Assembly: GCA_964016885.1 (NCBI GenBank)
Contig: OZ024752.1
Coordinates: 13,826,001 to 13,890,000, forward strand
Direction of reading: 5' to 3'
Source: Eledone cirrhosa
Lineage: Eukaryota
DNA length: 64,000 nt
Shown: positions 32,369 to 46,960 of the stretch, in pieces
How positions within the stretch are numbered: position 1 is the stretch's first letter
How the letters are laid out: every line of letters begins with the position of its first letter
The notes under the pieces: model-generated
What the model saw: the letters and a program-made list of their open reading frames with translations, nothing else
Database searches by the model: none
Told to the model about the DNA's origin: nothing
Program-made: the position numbers and the translations under genes

Positions 32369-33075
32369 ATGTGTATGTGTATATGTGTTTGTGAGTATGC
32401 GAGGGTGGGTATGTGTGTTCGTGCATGAGTGAGTGTGACTTTATGGATATATATATATATGTGTGTGTGTATATGTGAGTATGCTTATGTGGGTGTGTGT
32501 GGATGAGTGTGTAGGTGTAGTATATGTGTGTGTACGTGTGTGCATGTGTGAGTGTATGTATGTTTGTCCTTTTATATTTACTGGAATCATCTAATTTCTC
32601 AGCTCGGTGATTTCATTACAGCTGACTTAATCCTATTGGAGTATATAGTCGACCGGGTGAATTGTGACTGAGTGGGTGGGCCTGTGTGTAGGTGGGTCTG
32701 TATGTGTGGGTGAGTGTGTGTGTCTGGCTGTGTGACTGCGTGTGCGTTCGTATGTGTGTTTGGGTCTGTGTGCGTGTGTGTGGGTGTGCGCGTCACTGTG
32801 TGCGTGTGTGTGTCTGTGTGACTGTGTGTGTGTGCGTGTGTGTGTCTATGTGTGACTGTGTGTGTGCATGACTGCGTGTGTGTGACTGTGCGTGCGTGAC
32901 TGTGTGTGGGTGTGTGTGCGTGTGTGCGTGACTGTGTGTGTGTGTGCGTGACTGTGCGTGCGTCACTGTGCGTGTACTTGTGGGACTGTGCGTGTATGTG
33001 CGTGACTGTGCGTGTGTGTGCGTGACTGTGTGTATGTGACTGTGCGTGTGTGTGTGTGTGTGACTGTGCGTGTGA
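32168..33075. repeat. (TATACA)n followed by (TG)n / GTGACTGT-type low-complexity repeats
   Basis: Direct inspection. Confidence 0.85.
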
Positions 33076-33142
33076 TTTTATTGATTTCATTACTCAAGAA
33101 AAAGACAAGGAGTATTTCTGTTCCTTGCCAGATTGTGAGGTT

Positions 33143-36100
33143 TGATGGCTGCTTAACTGATGGCAGCCTAACTGATGGCAGCCTAACTGATGGCACCCTA
33201 ACTGATGGCAGCTTAACTGATGGCAGCCTAACTGATGGCAGCCTAACTGATGGCAGCCTAACTGATGGCAGCCTAACTGATGGCAGCCTAACTGATGGCA
33301 GCCTAACTGATGGCAGCTTAACTGATGGCAGCTTATGTGATGGCAACCTAACTGATGGCAGCTTAATTGATGGCAGCTTAATTGATGGCAGCCTAACTGA
33401 TGGCAGCCTAACTGATGGCAGCTTAACTGATGGCAGCTTAACTGATGGCAGCTTAACTGATGGCAGCTTAACTGATGGCAGCTTAATTGATGGCAGCTTA
33501 ATTGATGGCAGCCTAACTGATGGCAGCCTAACTGATGGCAGCCTAACTGATGGCAGCTTAATTGATGGCAGCCTAACTGATGGCTGCTTAACTGATGGCA
33601 GCCTAACTGATGGCAGCCTAACTGATGGCAGCCTAACTGATGGCAGCCTAACTGATGGCAGCCTAACTGATGGCTGCTTAACTGATGGCAGCCTAACTGA
33701 TGGCAGCCTAACTGATGGCAGCTTAATTGATGGCAGCCTAACGATGGCAGCCTAACTGATGGCAGCCTAACTGATGGCAGCTTAACTGAGGGCAGCCTAA
33801 CTGATGGCACCCTAACTGATGGCAGCCTAACTGATGGCAGCCTAACTGATGGCAGCTTAACTGATGGCAGCTTAACTGAGGGCAGCCTAACTGATGGCAC
33901 CCTAACTGATGGCAGCCTAACTGATGGCAGCCTAACTGATGGCAGCCTAACTGATGGCAGCCTAACTGATGGCAGCTTAATTGATGGCAGCCTAACGATG
34001 GCAGCCTAACTGATGGCAGCCTAACTGATGGCAGCTTAACTGATGGCAGCTTAACTGATGGCACCCTAACTGATGGCAGCCTAACTGATGGCAGCCTAAC
34101 TGATGGCAGCTTAACTGATGGCAGCTTAACTGATGGCAGCCTAACTGATGGCAGCCTAACTGATGGCAGCCTAACTGATGGCAGCCTAACTGATGGCAGC
34201 CTAACTGATGGCAGCCTAACTGATGGCAGCCTAACTGATGGCAACCTAACTGATGGCAGCCTAACTGATGGCAGCCTAACTGATGGCAGCCTAACTGATG
34301 GCAGCCTAACTGATGGCAGCTTAACTGAGGGCAGCCTAACTGATGGCACCCTAACTGATGGCAGCCTAACTGATGGCAGCCTAACTGATGGCAGCCTAAC
34401 TGATGGTAGCCTAACTGATGGCAACCTAACTGATGGCAGCCTAACTGATGGCAGCCTAACTGATGGCAACCTAACCGATGGCAGCCTAACTGATGGCAGC
34501 TTAACTGATGGCAACCTAACTGATGGCAGCTTAACTGATGGCAGCTTAACTGATGGCAGCCTAACTGATGGCAGCTTAACTGATGGCAGCCTAACTGATG
34601 GCAGCCTAACTGATGGCAGCCTAACTGATGGCAGCCTAACTGATGGCAGCCTAACTGATGGCAGCCTAACTGATGGCAACCTAACTGATGGCAGCCTAAC
34701 TGATGGCAGCCTAACTGATGGCAGCCCAACTGATGGCAGCCTAACTGATGGCAGCCTAACTGATGGCAGCTTAACTGATGGCAACCTAACTGATGGCAGC
34801 TTAACTGATGGCAGCTTAACTGATGGCAGCCTAACTGATGGCAGCTTAACTGATGGCAGCTTAACTGATGGCAGCCTAACTGATGGCAGCTTAACTGATG
34901 GCAGCTTAACTGATGGCAGCCTAACTGATGGCAGCTTAATTGATGGCAGCCTAACGATGGCAGCCTAACTGATGGCAACCTAACTGATGGCAACCTAACT
35001 GATGGCAGCCTAACTGATGGCAGCCTAACTGATGGCAGCCTAACTGATGACAGCCTAACTGATGGCAGCTTAACTGATGGCAGCCTAACTGGTGGCTGCC
35101 TAACTGATGGCAGCCTAACTGATGGCAGCTTAACTGATGGCAGCTTAACTGATGGCAGCCTAACTGGTGGCTGCCTAACTGATGGCAGCCTAACTGATGG
35201 CAGCTTAACTGATGGCACCCTAACTGATGGCAGCCTAACTGATGGCAACCTAACTGATGGCAGCCTAACTGATGGCAGCTTAACTGATGGCAGCTTAACT
35301 GATGGCAACCTAACTGATGGCAGCCTAAATGATGGCAGCCTAACTGATGGCAGCCTAACTGATGGCAGCCTAACTGATGGCAGCCTAACTGATGGCAGCC
35401 TAACTGATGGCAGCCTAACTGATGGCAGCTTAACTGATGGCAGCTTAACTGATGGCAACCTAACTGATGGCAGCTTAATTGATGGCAGCTTAATTGATGG
35501 CAGCCTAACTGATGGCAGCCTAACTGATGGCAGCCTAACTGATGGCAGCTTAATTGATGGCAGCCTAACTGATGGCTGCTTAACTGATGGCAGCCTAACT
35601 GATGGCAGCCTAACTGATGGCAGCATAACTGATGGCAGCCTAACTGATGGCAGCCTAACTGATGGCTGCTTAACTGATGGCAGCCTAACTGATGGCAGCC
35701 TAACTGATGGCAGCTTAATTGATGGCAGCCTAACGATGGCAGCCTAACTGATGGCAGCCTAACTGATGGCAGCTTAACTGAGGGCAGCCTAACTGATGGC
35801 ACCCTAACTGATGGCAGCCTAACTGATGGCAGCCTAACTGATGGCAGCTTAACTGATGGCAGCTTAACTGAGGGCAGCCTAACTGATGGCACCCTAACTG
35901 ATGGCAGCCTAACTGATGGCAGCCTAACTGATGGCAGCCTAACTGATGGCAGCCTAACTGATGGCAGCTTAATTGATGGCAGCCTAACGATGGCAGCCTA
36001 ACTGATGGCAGCCTAACTGATGGCAGCTTAACTGATGGCAGCTTAACTGATGGCACCCTAACTGATGGCAGCCTAACTGATGGCAGCCTAACTGATGGCA

Positions 36101-39100
36101 GCTTAACTGATGGCAGCTTAACTGATGGCAGCCTAACTGATGGCAGCCTAACTGATGGCAGCCTAACTGATGGCAGCCTAACTGATGGCAGCCTAACTGA
36201 TGGCAGCCTAACTGATGGCAGCCTAACTGATGGCAACCTAACTGATGGCAGCCTAACTGATGGCAGCCTAACTGATGGCAGCCTAACTGATGGCAGCCTA
36301 ACTGATGGCAGCTTAACTGAGGGCAGCCTAACTGATGGCACCCTAACTGATGGCAGCCTAACTGATGGCAGCCTAACTGATGGCAGCCTAACTGATGGTA
36401 GCCTAACTGATGGCAACCTAACTGATGGCAGCCTAACTGATGGCAGCCTAACTGATGGCAACCTAACCGATGGCAGCCTAACTGATGGCAGCTTAACTGA
36501 TGGCAACCTAACTGATGGCAGCTTAACTGATGGCAGCTTAACTGATGGCAGCCTAACTGATGGCAGTTTAACTGATGGCAGCCTAACTGATGGCAGCCTA
36601 ACTGATGGCAGCCTAACTGATGGCAGCCTAACTGATGGCAGCCTAACTGATGGCAGCCTAACTGATGGCAACCTAACTGATGGCAGCCTAACTGATGGCA
36701 GCCTAACTGATGGCAGCCCAACTGATGGCAGCCTAACTGATGGCAGCCTAACTGATGGCAGCTTAACTGATGGCAACCTAACTGATGGCAGCTTAACTGA
36801 TGGCAGCTTAACTGATGGCAGCCTAACTGATGGCAGCTTAACTGATGGCAGCTTAACTGATGGCAGCCTAACTGATGGCAGCTTAACTGATGGCAGCTTA
36901 ACTGATGGCAGCCTAACTGATGGCAGCTTAATTGATGGCAGCCTAACGATGGCAGCCTAACTGATGGCAACCTAACTGATGGCAACCTAACTGATGGCAG
37001 CCTAACTGATGGCAGCCTAACTGATGGCAGCCTAACTGATGACAGCCTAACTGATGGCAGCTTAACTGATGGCAGCCTAACTGGTGGCTGCCTAACTGAT
37101 GGCAGCCTAACTGATGGCAGCTTAACTGATGGCAGCTTAACTGATGGCAGCCTAACTGGTGGCTGCCTAACTGATGGCAGCCTAACTGATGGCAGCTTAA
37201 CTGATGGCACCCTAACTGATGGCAGCCTAACTGATGGCAACCTAACTGATGGCAGCCTAACTGATGGCAGCTTAACTGATGGCAGCTTAACTGATGGCAA
37301 CCTAACTGATGGCAGCCTAACTGATGGCAGCCTAACTGATGGCAGCTTAATTGATGGCAGCCTAACGATGGCAGCCTAACTGATGGCAGCCTAACTGATG
37401 GCAGCTTAACTGATGGCAGCCTAACTGATGGCAGCCTAACTGATGGCAGCTTAACTGATGGCAGCCTAACTGATGGCAGCTTAACTGATGGCAGCCTAAC
37501 TGATGGCAGCTTAACTGATGGCAGCTTAACTGATGGCAGCCTAACTGAGGGCAGCTTAACTGATGGCAGCCTAACTGATGGCAGCCTAACTGATGGCAGC
37601 CTAACTGATGGCAGCCTAACTGAGAGCAGCTTAACTGATGGCAGCCTAACTGAGGGCAGCTTAATTGATGGCAGCCAAACGATGGCAGCCTAACTGGTGG
37701 CTGCCTAACTGATGGCAGCCTAACTGGTGGCTGCCTAACTGATGGCAGCTTAACTGATGGCAGCTTAACTGATGGCAACCTAACTGATGGCAGCCTAACT
37801 GATGCCAGCTTAACTGATGGCAGCTTAATTGATGGCAGCCTAACGATGGCACCCTAACTGATGGCAGCCTAACTGATGGCAGCCTAACTGATGGCAGCTT
37901 AATTGATGGCAGCCTAACGATGGCAGCCTAACTGATGGCAGCCTAACTGATGGCAGCCTAACTGATGGCAGCCTAACTGATGGCAGCTTAACTGATGGCA
38001 GCTTAACTGATGGCAGCCTAACTGATGGCAGCTTAACTGATGGCAGCCTAACTGAGGGCAGCTTAACTGATGGCAGCCTAACTGATGGCAGCCTAACTGA
38101 TGGCAGCTTAATTGATGGCAGCCTAACGATGGCACCCTAACTGATGGCAGCCTAACTGATGGCAGCCTAACTGATGGCAGCTTAATTGATGGCAGCCTAA
38201 CGATGGCAGCCTAACTGATGGCAGCCTAACTGATGGCAGCTTAACTGATGGCAGTCTAACTGATGGCAGCCTAACTGATGGCAGCCTAACTGATGGCAGC
38301 CTAACTGATGGCAGCCTAACTGATGGCAGCTTAACTGATGGCAGCTTAACTGATGGCAGCCTAACTGAGGGCAGCCTAACTGATGGCAGCCTAACTGATG
38401 GCAGCTTAACTGGTGGCAGCCTAACTGATGGCAGCTTAACTGATGGCAGCCTAACTGATGGCAGCTTAACTGATGGCAGCCTAACTGATGGCAGCTTAAC
38501 TGATGGCAACCTAACTGATGGCAGCTTAACTGATGGCAGCTTAACTGATGGCAGCCTAACTGATGGCAGCTTAACTGATGGCAGCCTAACTGATGGCAGC
38601 CTAACTGATGGCAGCCTAACTGATGGCAGCCTAACTGATGGCAGCCTAACTGATGGCAGCCTAACTGATGGCAACCTAACTGATGGCAGCCTAACTGATG
38701 GCAGCCTAACTGATGGCAGCCCAACTGATGGCAGCCTAACTGATGGCAGCCTAACTGATGGCAGCTTAACTGATGGCAACCTAACTGATGGCAGCTTAAC
38801 TGATGGCAGCTTAACTGATGGCAGCCTAACTGATGGCAGCTTAACTGATGGCAGCTTAACTGATGGCAGCCTAACTGATGGCAGCTTAACTGATGGCAGC
38901 TTAACTGATGGCAGCCTAACTGATGGCAGCTTAATTGATGGCAGCCTAACGATGGCAGCCTAACTGATGGCAACCTAACTGATGGCAACCTAACTGATGG
39001 CAGCCTAACTGATGGCAGCCTAACTGATGGCAGCCTAACTGATGACAGCCTAACTGATGGCAGCTTAACTGATGGCAGCCTAACTGGTGGCTGCCTAACT

Positions 39101-40836
39101 GATGGCAGCCTAACTGATGGCAGCTTAACTGATGGCAGCTTAACTGATGGCAGCCTAACTGGTGGCTGCCTAACTGATGGCAGCCTAACTGATGGCAGCT
39201 TAACTGATGGCACCCTAACTGATGGCAGCCTAACTGATGGCAACCTAACTGATGGCAGCCTAACTGATGGCAGCTTAACTGATGGCAGCTTAACTGATGG
39301 CAACCTAACTGATGGCAGCCTAACTGATGGCAGCCTAACTGATGGCAGCTTAATTGATGGCAGCCTAACGATGGCAGCCTAACTGATGGCAGCCTAACTG
39401 ATGGCAGCTTAACTGATGGCAGCCTAACTGATGGCAGCCTAACTGATGGCAGCTTAACTGATGGCAGCCTAACTGATGGCAGCTTAACTGATGGCAGCCT
39501 AACTGATGGCAGCTTAACTGATGGCAGCTTAACTGATGGCAGCCTAACTGAGGGCAGCTTAACTGATGGCAGCCTAACTGATGGCAGCCTAACTGATGGC
39601 AGCCTAACTGATGGCAGCCTAACTGAGAGCAGCTTAACTGATGGCAGCCTAACTGAGGGCAGCTTAATTGATGGCAGCCAAACGATGGCAGCCTAACTGG
39701 TGGCTGCCTAACTGATGGCAGCCTAACTGGTGGCTGCCTAACTGATGGCAGCTTAACTGATGGCAGCTTAACTGATGGCAACCTAACTGATGGCAGCCTA
39801 ACTGATGCCAGCTTAACTGATGGCAGCTTAATTGATGGCAGCCTAACGATGGCACCCTAACTGATGGCAGCCTAACTGATGGCAGCCTAACTGATGGCAG
39901 CTTAATTGATGGCAGCCTAACGATGGCAGCCTAACTGATGGCAGCCTAACTGATGGCAGCCTAACTGATGGCAGCCTAACTGATGGCAGCTTAACTGATG
40001 GCAGCTTAACTGATGGCAGCCTAACTGATGGCAGCTTAACTGATGGCAGCCTAACTGAGGGCAGCTTAACTGATGGCAGCCTAACTGATGGCAGCCTAAC
40101 TGATGGCAGCTTAATTGATGGCAGCCTAACGATGGCACCCTAACTGATGGCAGCCTAACTGATGGCAGCCTAACTGATGGCAGCTTAATTGATGGCAGCC
40201 TAACGATGGCAGCCTAACTGATGGCAGCCTAACTGATGGCAGCTTAACTGATGGCAGTCTAACTGATGGCAGCCTAACTGATGGCAGCCTAACTGATGGC
40301 AGCCTAACTGATGGCAGCCTAACTGATGGCAGCTTAACTGATGGCAGCTTAACTGATGGCAGCCTAACTGAGGGCAGCCTAACTGATGGCAGCCTAACTG
40401 ATGGCAGCTTAACTGGTGGCAGCCTAACTGATGGCAGCTTAACTGATGGCAGCCTAACTGATGGCAGCTTAACTGATGGCAGCCTAACTGATGGCAGCTT
40501 AACTGGTGGCAGCCTAACTGATGGCAGCTTAACTGATGGCAGCCTAACTGATGGCAGCTTAACTGATGGCAGCCTAACTGATGGCAGCTTAACTGGTGGC
40601 AGCCTAACTGATGGCAGCCTAACTGATGGCAGCTTAACTGATGGCAGCCTAACTGAGGGCAGCCTAACTGATGGTAGCCTAACTGATGGCAGCTTAACTG
40701 ATGGCAGCCTAACTGATGGCAGCTTAACTGATGGCAGCCTAACTGATGGCAGCTTAACTGATGGCAGCCTAACTGATGGCAGCTTAACTGGTGGCAGCCT
40801 AACTGATGGCAGCTTAACTGATGGCAGCTTAACTGA
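33143..40836. repeat. 15-bp minisatellite (CTGATGGCAGC[C/T]TAA)n, ~510 units, with ~1992-bp and ~2003-bp higher-order repeats
   Basis: Direct inspection; identical variant patterns recur at +1992 (33738 vs 35730) and +2003 (37362 vs 39365). Confidence 0.97.
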
Positions 40837-43789
40837 ATGTTTACGAGGTTTACATTGAAAGATATTTAGTTTTGACTAAACAATATTTAGCTGAATGTGA
40901 AGATGTAAAGTGGACATGATAAGAAGAATATAAAATCTGCCAGTTTTCAAAGATACTATCTAAAGAACTATTTTCTCATCGAGTATAAATGATTCCTTTT
41001 AAATTGATGTCCTTAGAGTTACGTGAATGAAATATTCGAGAATGTTAAATATCTCATTAAATATTTAATTATGCGACGATTCATTTCTCTCCTGGCGTGG
41101 AAGAGGATGTTTAAATGACGATAAAACGACGAAATATGTGCGGAAATATAGGCCTTCTTGAATAGTATTTGAAATGAATCAATTCAAAATCTATTTTGTG
41201 TGTTGAGGATTTTCAATGATTAAAATATATTTAATATAAGAGATAAATAGACAATCTCTCGAAACTTTAAATTAACATTATCTCTAAGAACCTTGTAAAG
41301 ATTGACGTGTTGATACTTGGAGCGGCAATAAAATAGGATGACACTTTCAACATTTCTTTTTCCGTCTTTAAATGTTATTCGCCTTATTTTATAAGTGTTT
41401 CTACCATCTAGGCATGAGCGCATCCTTTTAAGTTGATTTCAGATTCCACCGAGTTTTATAGGAGTTGACAAAAGAAGGGGGTGAATGGTTGTCCGTCGGT
41501 TTCGAGGATGGGGATTCTAGCTCAGCCTGTTTATTAAAATTAACGTGTAAGTAGTTGAATATTCCACTGATACTTGCGTGCTTAACGTAATTCTCAGCGA
41601 AATTCTCCACTACACTGTGTGTGATAAGGCTAAACCTTTCAATGACAGTTACGGTTCGCTCGACAACTTTCTAGTCAATTTACGCGCATTCAGTTTCACT
41701 TACAAGAAGCCGGGGTTCTGGTAAATGACACTTGCCAAAGGTGTCACGCAGTGGGCTCGAACCTGGAACCTAATTATTACAAAGGGAAGTTCTTAACTGG
41801 TCCGTGACCGATTGATATATGTAATAAAACGTTTGAGGCCCATTAAATCACGACCATGGTTTTGCACCTAGAAAGCCTGGGCAAGGTTATTTGTGGAATT
41901 CCACCAGTCGCCTATGCATACCGGTCACCCATCTCCGTATCACTGATCTTGTCCAAGGGAAAGTCAATGGACGATACAGCTTGGCACCAGTGGCGTCGCA
42001 ACTCAGCTGAGTAAACTGGAGCAACATGAAATAAAGTAATGAAATGAGCAAGCGAGGACACTTATACTCCGTCCCCCGAACTACATGAAATAGCAGTTCA
42101 TTTCTTAATCTAAGTTCAAACTTGTGTAAAGGAGCTTGGGATAATATAGTTCTAAATAAACAATAGCAGATAAATTATGGAATTATAATGGTTGGACATA
42201 CTATCATTATAGATCTATTCCTGCAAAATGTATCTATGGCTAAACAATGAAACAGGAAATGAAATACAGGGATATATTTACACTGGTATACTTGCTGTCT
42301 TACTCAAATAGAATCTAATGCACATTGTAATCTTTCTCTTGCGGTTTTATACATTTAAATACATCAATGAGAATCTTATGTTGATATATTTTAAAGAGTC
42401 AAATGGAGGTTTGTGTCGCTGCCTAAAATATATTTATAGGAGTAATATTAAACAGAATACATTTCTATGTAGTGTTATAAGGTTTCCAACTCTGATCTTT
42501 TACTGTAACTATTTTGAATTCTGTTTTAGAGTGTTTCATAGATAGGAATGAAATTTTTCACTTTTAACTGTTTTATGTATTTATGTTTGAATTCATAAAC
42601 GGCAAAAATACTACAGACAAAACTCTTCTTTATTTGAATATTCAATTTTCTCTTCTCTATAATCATTTAATATCCCGCTGTCACAAAATCAATATTTCAT
42701 TTTTACACCTGATGCCTTTATTCATAATATCTTTTTGTATGAATATGTTTAAAGAAAATAAATAATTTCAAGATGAAAATAAATTGACAACACACTGTTG
42801 GTTTTTTCAATATATGAACAAAAATGAAATAAATGTTTTAGTTATAAGATTAACACTATAGGAACAAGCTATGTTAGAAAATATAAATGTAAAACGGCCT
42901 CATTGGACAGACGGATTACTATTGTCTGAGGAATATTGGCTACATCTATTGAAAAATCCCGACTAGGATACAAATGTCAGCTAATGATAACTTGTATAAT
43001 TGTATAACTACTATTAATTGTATAACTACTATTAATTAAGCAGCCAAATATTATATTAACCAATTAAACAATCAATCAAAATTTAATCAAGTTCTTTACA
43101 ATGGAACATATCCAAATTAAAATGGATTGTCTGCTTGATAGACAAGTGTTTACTCGCATTCTTTAAATATATTCCTCACCAGTCTATCTATACATTGTAT
43201 ATTTCAACAATTACTGTATATAGACAACAATTACTCTGGCAGAATAAGCTCCGTGCTGGCTTGTGTTCAGCACACAACACGATAACAAGTTCTGATTGTA
43301 TTAATTATTGTAGAATGTCGCTATAAAGATATATGTGTATCATTATACCTTGTATTTTACAATCTTGTATATATCCATTTTAGGCTCTTTTTATGACTCT
43401 CATTGGTTATTAATCTTATATCATGATTATTGAATGCTGCGCAAATTTGCAGGCTAAGCCTGTTGCACATTCTGCAAAGTAGCCCCACCAGATAAATTAT
43501 GCTATCACCTTAAACAAACTTTTTAACACATTCCTTGATATAGCATGCTAGAAACGAAGACTAGAATACCAGAGCTAGAACGTATACTAGTCGTTAGAAC
43601 ACAGCGGTGAGTCAAATGTGGCGTGTTGATGTATCATTGATTATCATCAAAAGAACGATATTCTGGATATGGTCAACAATTGGCTGTATATAGCAGACAC
43701 TTAATGGAGAGTAATAATTCATTGATGCTGCTGAAATTACTCATGTTTCTGAACAGGATATAGATTTGATATATGAAGCACTGCAACCG

Positions 43790-44040
43790 ATTCCGAGGAC
43801 AAGATTTTGTAGCAACTACGAGAGTTGTAGTTTATCGTGAAGTGGTACTGACAACATTCTTATATATGCACCCACACTTACGAGGGTGATGTCTTCCACA
43901 AACATTGTCTTCGCTCTATCTGTGGTTATGCAATTTCAGACAGAATTTCCAATGTCGATCTCTACATGAGTTACAACATCGATGGGATTGAGTCATTTCT
44001 GCTGCAATCCCAACTCAGATGGGCTGGCCATGACCTACAA
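43790..44040 (+). mobile_element. Degenerate RTE-clade LINE fragment
   Basis: TRVVVYREVVLTTFLY and FHKHCLRSICG...DRISNVDLY...IESFLLQSQLRWAGH. Confidence 0.75.
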
Positions 44041-44089
44041 GTGACTGAGTACCACACACCTGTTTGTTATTTGGTAGCTGCTCTTATAT

Positions 44090-44263
44090 AATTGTATGTA
44101 CTTTTGTCACAAGGCCAGCAATTATCCCAATGCATTACTGGTAGTTCATTTTATCGACCCTGTAAGGATGATTGGCAAAGTTAATCTCAGCGGGATTTGA
44201 ACTCAGATTCGAACTCAAGAGCCGTAACTATGCTGCAAAGCATTGCACCCGACCCTCTACCGA
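44090..44263 (-). mobile_element. tRNA-derived SINE (family A), degenerate
   Basis: Match to family A body and B-box. Confidence 0.75.
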
Positions 44264-45720
44264 TACATAATGGAGAGTATAGTCCAAGTCAATATAATTC
44301 TATATGCAGTTTTTATATTTTAGAGCTGTTGAATGAAATTCGATTTCATGTTTGTTTTGAAGAATGCTTTCAAGGTTAAAACAATAGTGAGAGTCTGAGG
44401 TAAAGTGTTTGGGATACAATCGGACGAGGCTTGTGTCAGCACATTTCAGGCAAAATGAAGGCTTCTATCATTTGCATAACACTGTTAATTGACGATAGTT
44501 GACAGAATGTAAGCGAGTACTAAGAATTAAGTGACGACATTTTCTCCAGCAGCAGCCTGGCTTATTCAGCAACAGACCCAGATCTCAAGCTAAAGATGTT
44601 GAAGTATCGATCGCCTTCTGGTAGAGTTATTATTGAAACTGTAGCAGTGGAAACTTCTTTCGATGAAGGTTCCCAAACCGTCTCCTACGCTGCAATGTTG
44701 ACGGAATTGTCCAACAGCACCAATGAGCTCATAGTTCATGTAGCCCGCAATACTCGGCGGTAACACTTTCTCATCTCATTCTCTTGGGACCATACGGAGG
44801 TATATCCATAGAGTTCCGTGCGTCAGAAATACAGAGCAGATGAACTGGAGTATCCTAACAAACTTTCAGCAAGTTGCCGTTACTGTCGGTCACTGTATAC
44901 ATATATACATACACACAAACATACAAGCATACATGAATACACTCATACATACATTAAATATGTATACTCCCAGATCATGGATAATCCCTTCTCCCCGACA
45001 TTAATTTTTCAGATTTTTTCCAACAAGTGCCGGCTCAACCCACCCACACACAAATACTTTTATACCAACCCTCCAATTATCAAATTTAGCTAATCTATCT
45101 CCGGCGAAATTTTATTGTAAGTTATACTGATAAAGCAGCGGCAGAATCTAATAATCTTATTTTACCGTAAAAAAAAACATTATATATGACAAACAAAGAA
45201 GATTCGAGAAATCCAATATTTACGAACGTACACGATACAGTTACCAATGTCCCACCCACTCCGTTTATTCCAACACCCCACACCGCTTATCAGAATTTAA
45301 TGAAATGTCCAAACCCACTGCCTGTTTATTTCAATAACCCCTAGTTTTTAGAAGCCCAGAATACATGCACACAAACATACATGCATACACATACATGAAT
45401 ACATACATACATTATATATCAGAAGTATATATTGAGTTAAAACCTCAGAATTCAAATTAGTCCCTTATAATCAAATTAGCTCAAGAAAAACATTTTCCGA
45501 ACCTAATATACTAAAGTGAGACGAACACACATGTACATATATGGATTCAAATCACAAGGAACCCTTGTGACTTGAACGCATATATATTTTTTTTTTTAGG
45601 GTAAACATTGATGCAATTCAATTCAAACACTCAACCTACTTAGTCCACATAGGAGTGACGGAGTTAATATCGAATAAGGAAAAGCGAAGTAGTTTCAGAT
45701 GTTCAAGTCTTTTAATAATA

Positions 45721-45908
45721 ATTGCTTCTACTTTAGGCACAAGGCCAGCAATTACTCAGTACATTACTGGTACTTTATTTTATCGACCCCGTAAGGATGA
45801 AAGGCAAAGTTAACCTCGGCGGGATTTGAACTCAGACTGTAAAGGGACGTAACTATGCTAGAAAGCATGGCGTCCAACCCTCTACCGATACTGCCAATTC
45901 ACCGCCAT
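45721..45908 (-). mobile_element. tRNA-derived SINE (family A) with TSD TCTTTTAATAATAAT
   Basis: Full-length match; 15-bp direct repeat at 45708-45722 and 45910-45924. Confidence 0.9.
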
Positions 45909-46774
45909 TTCTTTTAATAATAATGCTGGGATATATATTTCAATGGCGACAGTGGTCACACTGTTCCGTGCGCCAGTGTCGCGACATCGTCAGACAGCTT
46001 TTTACATAATAAGGTTATGTTTCCGAGGCAATCCAAATTGAATCGACATGGGAACGGACGAAGTGTGGGCTCTTGGGTTCTTCGTCCATTCCCCTGTGAG
46101 TACCAAATCACACCCACCGGTTTGCGCAGGCGCAGGTCTGTAGGAAGTTGACCATTAGCTACCGCAGATTTCAACGAAATTCGCTTAGTGAGTTTCCCCT
46201 CTCAACCAAACAATGACCCATTAAAGGCCTGTAATATAGCTTACTGCTACGCATCCCGTCAGTGGCTGTCAGTCGAAAGCCAGTGGGAAATGGGAGAGTG
46301 TGAGTATCCACAGGTCTGAATACTACCTCTCATTACACATGGACCATGAGACAGGTTGTACTTGGATACATGTTACCAGTAGAACCAAATGGTGACCTGA
46401 CACACTATGTATGTACGTATAGATACATACATACATACTATATATATATGATTTTCTATTTAAGCAAAATTCAAAATAGTACAAACTGATTTTATTTAAT
46501 TCGAATTTTAATCATTGATACGAAAATGGAATTTGGACATCTTTTTTTTAACATTTCCAAAGAATCTCAGGAATAATGAAGAATAACTTAGACAATCATT
46601 GATAACGTGTTCAAATACTATCAATTATGGACGATAAGTATTTATGTTTCAAACAAATTTTCATTTAATATCAAATTTAATCCTTTCTGTATTCTACAAA
46701 TTTTCAATAAGGAAAAGTATCAAATTATACGTCACTTAATAAAAGACTCATATTACACATTATTATATAACAAA

Positions 46775-46960
46775 TGGCGGTGGATTGGCAGTATCGGTAG
46801 AGGGTCGGACGCCATGCTTTCCAGCATAGTTACGTCCCTTACGATCTGAGTTCAAATCCCGCCGATGTTGACTTTGTCTTTCATCCTTACGGGGTCGATA
46901 AAATAAAGTACCAGTAATGCACTGGGTAATTGCTGGCCTTGTGCCTAACGTAGAAACAAT
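46775..46960 (+). mobile_element. tRNA-derived SINE (family A) with TSD ATTATATAACAAA
   Basis: A-box TGGCAGTATCGG, B-box GAGTTCAAATCC; 13-bp direct repeat at 46762-46774 and 46959-46971. Confidence 0.92.

Noticed and set aside
33012-40138. LPSVR, GCHQL and LTDGS repeat ORFs as protein genes
   Set aside because: Result of a 15-bp unit lacking stops in several frames; recurrent 14-bp units shift frame; no unique flanking domain
33143-40836. CRISPR array, telomeric repeat or hammerhead multimer
   Set aside because: No spacers or cas genes in a eukaryotic context; TTAGG/CCCTAA is only a sub-word of the unit; CTGATGG lacks A9 and any GAAA partner
46775-46865. tRNA gene
   Set aside because: tRNA-like head of a SINE with body, tail and TSD; no clean cloverleaf
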